A stretch of DNA of 53,395 nucleotides, taken from contig NIVC01004246.1 of NCBI GenBank assembly GCA_002269645.1, forward strand, positions 1 to 53,395. Reading direction: 5' to 3'. The translations under genes were made by a program, and so were the position numbers. The notes under the pieces were generated by a model. That model had not been told where the DNA came from, did no database searches, and saw only the letters and a list, made by a program, of their open reading frames with translations. This stretch comes from Macrostomum lignano. Its lineage: Eukaryota. Shown here piece by piece: positions 48,811-53,395 of this stretch (its first letter is position 1; the number at the start of each line of letters is the position of its first letter).

Positions 48811-50022
48811 GAGTTCAAAGTCAAGTGTACGAGTACACAGAGCCAATCCATTGTCATTCTGTCCAATTTGAGTAATTATTTCTCCGCTCAGGCTTCAAAG
48901 AAGCAAGAAGGAAAAAAAAAATTAAACAGCAAAAAATTGCACAGCAAGCCGGGGTTTACTGAAGGGTTTCTTGTATGTACAGCACAACACCGAAGGTCAG
49001 CTACTCGGGACATGCAGATGTACAGGAAAAGGCAGCAAAAAAGCAAGTAAAGTTTGAGTTGATAAGCATAAAATGTAGAGCTGGACACGGGAGAGGCAGG
49101 GCCGGTCCGTGAAGCGGGAGCTATAGTGGCAATAATGTACAGAAGCGGGCAGAGTAGTCTAGAGTGTAAAATCGATTTTGTGTACCGCAGCTGAGACAGG
49201 GCTGGTGCATCAGTTGAGAATGGGGTGCTCAGTGCGGGCTGCTCAACTCAAGAAGAGAACTTTATAAAAAAGCACAACAGATGGGTACTAAAAAGTTTGA
49301 CAAGAAAATTTGTATTTTTAGAAAAAACGGGGCAAAAATGGAAAAAAGCTAATTATGCGATTAAAGTACCAACTTGCCTACTGAGCAGATCGCCTGTAAG
49401 TAGTCTGTAGCGCGTATAGCAACAAAGCAGAGCAAATGACAAGCGAGCTTCAAGGCTGCAAGGCAAACGGCCTAAAAAAGCGGTGCTCTGTTGGCGAATC
49501 AAGACTCGGCCATGAGGCTACAGCTGGAGAAGCTCGATGAAGAATGGGCAGCTGGGAGCAGCAGGCGGTTCATGGAACAGAGTTTGCCAGTTTTTAAGTA
49601 CTCAGGCAGCGGCGGTAAAAAACGGTGGAATTAATCGACACACTGAGCTGAACTGAAATTGGGCCACGCGTGGATGATAAAATACTGAGCAAAATTTGCA
49701 ACTAAATTTGAATAGGAATAAATAAAACAAAAACTATTCATATTGGTACCGTAGAGGCAGTCGATAATAATAGAGAAACAATAATAATTAATGAACTAAG
49801 CTTGAAGACACGCTGACTAAGAGCAGTGCAGAGTACAGTAGAGTGCGGCTTGACCGCCGATTCACCCCCCATAGGCAAGCAAAAATTTAACTTCTAGAAG
49901 AAACAGCAACAACACGATTCGGGTTAGGGGAACGCCGCTCAAACACCTCAAATAATTGTCAATCAACTACAAACCCCCCCTAGCAACAAGCGGACAGCAA
50001 CAGCATCAGCCTCATCAGTCTA

Positions 50023-50865
50023 TCAGAATCCCGGCGGAGGTGGCGGCAAGTCGTCCGGATTGAAGCTGTGCTGCTGCGGCTGCGGCTGGCGGGGCTGCTG
50101 GTAGGCCGACTGCTGCTGCTGCATCAGGCCGGGGTAGGAGCTCTGTCGGTGCGTGGCCAGCTGCTGCTGCATCATCAGCTCCGGTGGAATCGGCGGCCGA
50201 CCAACGCCACCGCCGCCGCTGCGGACCGAGGCTGCCGACACGGTGGCCGTGTGGCCGCCTCCGCTGCCCGTTGTTGCGGCCGCGCCAACTGCGGCAGCAG
50301 CGGCGGAGGTGGCCGCGTAGTCGGCGCTGACCCGGCGCTCCTGCAGCTGCTGCTGGAAGGCCGGGGCGCTGCCGGCGCTGCGCTGGAGGAGGCCGCCTGC
50401 GGCACCGCCAGTAATGGAGAATTTGCGTTTGGCGGTGCGCTGCAGCTCGCTGAGGTTGGAGTACACGGGCGCCGGCAGGCCCTGGTCCGGGTACAGGCTC
50501 TGGTCCTCCTCGTCCTCGGAGTCCCCGCCGCTGCTCTCCTCCGTTTCGCCGCCACCAGGGGCTCCGGCAGCAGTGCCGCCGACTACCGGCGATTCCCTTC
50601 GGCCCTGCAGCTGCTGCGGCACCTGAGCTGGCGCAGGGGTGGCGGCGGCGGCGGTGGTTGTGGAGCCGGCGGCGCTACCGCCTGCGGCTGCTGTGACTGC
50701 TGTTGCTGCTGCGGCGGCGGGGCCGGCAGCTCCTGGCTGATGAAGCCGCTGTCGCTGGAGGCACCGTGGCTGCCAGGCCGCAGGGTGTGCGCCGGCATGC
50801 CGGGCAGCAGGACGCCGCCAGGGGCGCCCGGGGCGGGGCGCGGGCGCAGTACGAGTCAGCGCTGC
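50023..50865 (-). CDS. Terminal exon of an unidentified Pro/Gln/Gly-rich protein (frame breaks inside)
   Basis: ctaacag acceptor at 50866; exon-like codon use; motifs DSGFIS, PVYSNL and C-terminal DDLPPPPPGF*. The rest of the gene is probably beyond the window. Confidence 0.65.
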   Translation of the reverse strand, partial: AALTRTAPAPRPGRPWRRPAARHAGAHPAAWQPRCLQRQRLHQPGAAGPAAAAATAVTAAAGGSAAGSTTTAAAATPAPAQVPQQLQGRRESPVVGGTAAGAPGGGETEESSGGDSEDEEDQSLYPDQGLPAPVYSNLSELQRTAKRKFSITGGAAGGLLQRSAGSAPAFQQQLQERRVSADYAATSAAAAAVGAAATTGSGGGHTATVSAASVRSGGGGVGRPPIPPELMMQQQLATHRQSSYPGLMQQQQSAYQQPRQPQPQQHSFNPDDLPPPPPGF

Positions 50866-51449
50866 CTGTTAGCGGGAAGGGGGTGAGGGTAAGGCGGCTG
50901 ATTGATTGAGTTTTAGAGAGCAGAGAAAAATTGGTGAGCAAAATTGCGGCCACCATCGCAAACTACACGGGGGGGGCAGTGAGGGGCCGGGCCTCATCAG
51001 CGGCCAGCTGGCGGCACAATGGCCAGCAATGCAAAGCGGCAATAAACAGCTGAGTGCGACAGCAGCACACTGAGGCTGTGCAGCCAGTTGAGCAGAGCAG
51101 GGCGAATATAAATTGGGCCTCAGGGGCCGCCTGAGCTGCGCGAAATTGAATCAGCCGGCCCGGGCTGGGAGAGCTGCCGCCAGTTTGACAGTTTGGGCCG
51201 GCGGGCCGCCAGTGCCGCAAAGTGCAGGAGAGCTGCGGCTGGGAGCTGCACGCGATTGTAAAAACTGAACTGGCCGCTGCAAGGGTTGCGCAATGCTGTC
51301 CGGGGGGGGGCAGCAGCCTGTCAGTCCGGCCTCCCATTCATCAAATTCATCCATAACTTGCTGCTGACCGTCCACGAATCAGCTCAGGCTGTGCGAATTA
51401 CGAGTAAAGGCAATCGATGGGGGACTTCGGGAGCCAGATCAAGTGGAAA

Positions 51450-52420
51450 CAGGGACTCTGAGACACGCAGGTCATGCTCAAGGAACAGCGGCAGGGACTC
51501 GGAGACACACAGGCCATGCTCAGGGGGCAGTGGCAGGGACTCTGAGACACGCAGGTCATGCTCAAGTGACAGTGGCAGGGACTCTGAGACACAGGCCATG
51601 CTCAAGGGACAGTGGCAGGGACTCTGAGACACAGGCCATGCTCAGGGGGCAGTGGCAGGGACTCTGAGACACGCAGGTCATGCTCAAGTGACAGTGGCAG
51701 GGACTCTGAGACACGCAGGTCATGCTCAAGGGACAGTGGCAGGGACTCTGAGACACGCAGGTCATGCTCAAGAGACAGTGGCAGGGACTCTGAGACGCAC
51801 AGGCCATGCTCAAGGAACAGCGGCAGGGACTCTGAGACACACAGGCCATGCTCAAGGGACAGTGGCAGGGACTCTGAGACGCACAGGCCATGCTCAAGGA
51901 ACAGCGGCAGGGACTCTGAGACACACAGGCCATGCTCAAGGAACAGCGGCAGGGACGCTGAGACACACAGGCCATGCTCAAGGGACAGTGGCAGGGACTC
52001 TGAGACACGCAGGTCATGCTCAAGGGACAGTGGCAGGGACTCGGAGACACACAGGCCATGCTCAAGGAACAGCGGCAGGGACTCTGAGACACACAGGCCA
52101 TGCTCAAGGAACAGCGGCAGGGACGCTGAGACACACAGGCCATGCTCAAGGGACAGTGGCAGGGACTCTGAGACACGCAGGTCATGCTCAAGGGACAGTG
52201 GCAGGGACTCGGAGACACACAGGCCATGCTCAAGGAACAGCGGCAGGGACTCTGAGACACACAGGCCATGCTCAAGGAACAGCGGCAGGGACTCTGAGAC
52301 ACACAGGCCATGCTCAAGGAACAGCGGCAGGGACTCTGAGACACACAGGCCATGCTCAAGGGCGACTCTGAGACACACAGGCCATGCTCAAGGAACAGCG
52401 GCAGGGTCGCTGAGACACAG
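51450..52420. repeat. 42-bp minisatellite
   Basis: Unit CAGGGACTCTGAGACACACAGGCCATGCTCAAGGAACAGCGG. Confidence 0.96.
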
Positions 52421-52727
52421 GTATGCTAAAGTATTTCAAGCGTAAACAGAGGAAAGAAAAGCCGAAAACATCATACACACAGACAGGATGCAGCTGCAGA
52501 ACTAAGCAACAGGCGGACCAAAAGCAGCAAAAGAAGAGAGGAAGATACAATTCGCAACAAATTTAAAAAGCGATTTCTTCATACAGGCTTCAGCTGTAGC
52601 ATTAGCTTGAAGGGCCAGCCAGAGGGAAGCCAGAGAATGTAAAAAAATAATTGGCCCAGATATGCGACCACTTCCTGCTGTCCCTGCGCCGCAGTTCAGT
52701 GTGTTCGAGAGCTGGCGCGAGTCCGCA

Positions 52728-53238
52728 GTTCTAAGAAATCGGTTTTAAGAGTCCCCAGTTCTAAGAAATCGTTTTAAGAGTCCCCAGTTCTAAGAAATCG
52801 GTTTTAAGAGTCCCTAGTTCTAAGAAATCGGTTTTAAGAGTCCCCAGTTCTAAGAAATCGGTTTTAAGAGTCCCCAGTTCTAAGATATCGTTCTAAGAGT
52901 CCCCAGTTCTAAGAAATCGGTTTTAAGAGTCCCCAGTTCTAAGAAATCGTTCTAAGAGTCCGCAGTTCTAAGAAATCGGTTTTAAGAGTCCGCAGTTCTA
53001 AGAAATCGGTTTTAAGAGTCCCCAGTTCTAAGAAATCGGTTTTAAGAGTCCCTAGTTCTAAGAAATCGGTTCTAAGAGTCCCCAGTTCTAAGAAATCGGT
53101 TTTAAGAGTCCCCAGTTCTAAGAAATCGGTTTTAAGAGTCCCACGTTCTAAGAAATCGGTTTTAAGAGTCCCCAGTTCTAAGAAATCGGTTCTAAGAGTC
53201 AGTTCTAAGAAATCGGTTCTAAGAGTCCCCAGTTCTAA
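52728..53238. repeat. 30-bp minisatellite
   Basis: Unit GTTCTAAGAAATCGGTTTTAAGAGTCCCCA. Confidence 0.96.
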
Positions 53239-53395
53239 GAGGGCTGCCTTCGCCATAGCGGCACAGAGTGCAGCAGAGAAGAAAAAACTTTTGAGAAAAA
53301 AACCGACAATGGGCTTAATTCACTAGCCTGGAGGGGAACTTCTAAAGCCAGGCTGGCGCCGCTATCTCTGTGCCCGCAGACTGGCTGCCTGCCGC

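Overview
Metazoan nuclear DNA with GT-AG introns, GC-rich exons and dense minisatellites; the style suggests the flatworm Macrostomum lignano, which is an inference and not a database result. From start to end: (1) an AT-rich, CpG-poor block at about 1-5.9 kb holding an 89-bp-arm inverted repeat; (2) a six-exon 6-phosphofructokinase gene (+, 7058-12985) with a different minisatellite in every intron; (3) a four-exon gene (-, 15162-17542) for a secreted protein joining a PAN/apple-like module to an ALK/LTK-type glycine-rich domain; (4) a full-length Ty3/Gypsy element (18736-23694) inside a 42-bp minisatellite, with 181-bp LTRs, a -1 frameshift signal and two nonsense codons; (5) a 376-codon (xHSTE)n repeat ORF; (6) a four-exon Kv2/Shab channel gene (-, 26524-41362) whose tail carries a close match to the vertebrate PRC/phospho-FFAT motif; (7) the last exon of an unidentified proline-rich protein gene (-, about 50.0-50.9 kb); and more than 25 unrelated tandem arrays. 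Several host genes need a single base restored to read through, most simply long-read errors. Exon models, repeat units and alignments were derived by hand; array edges are approximate.
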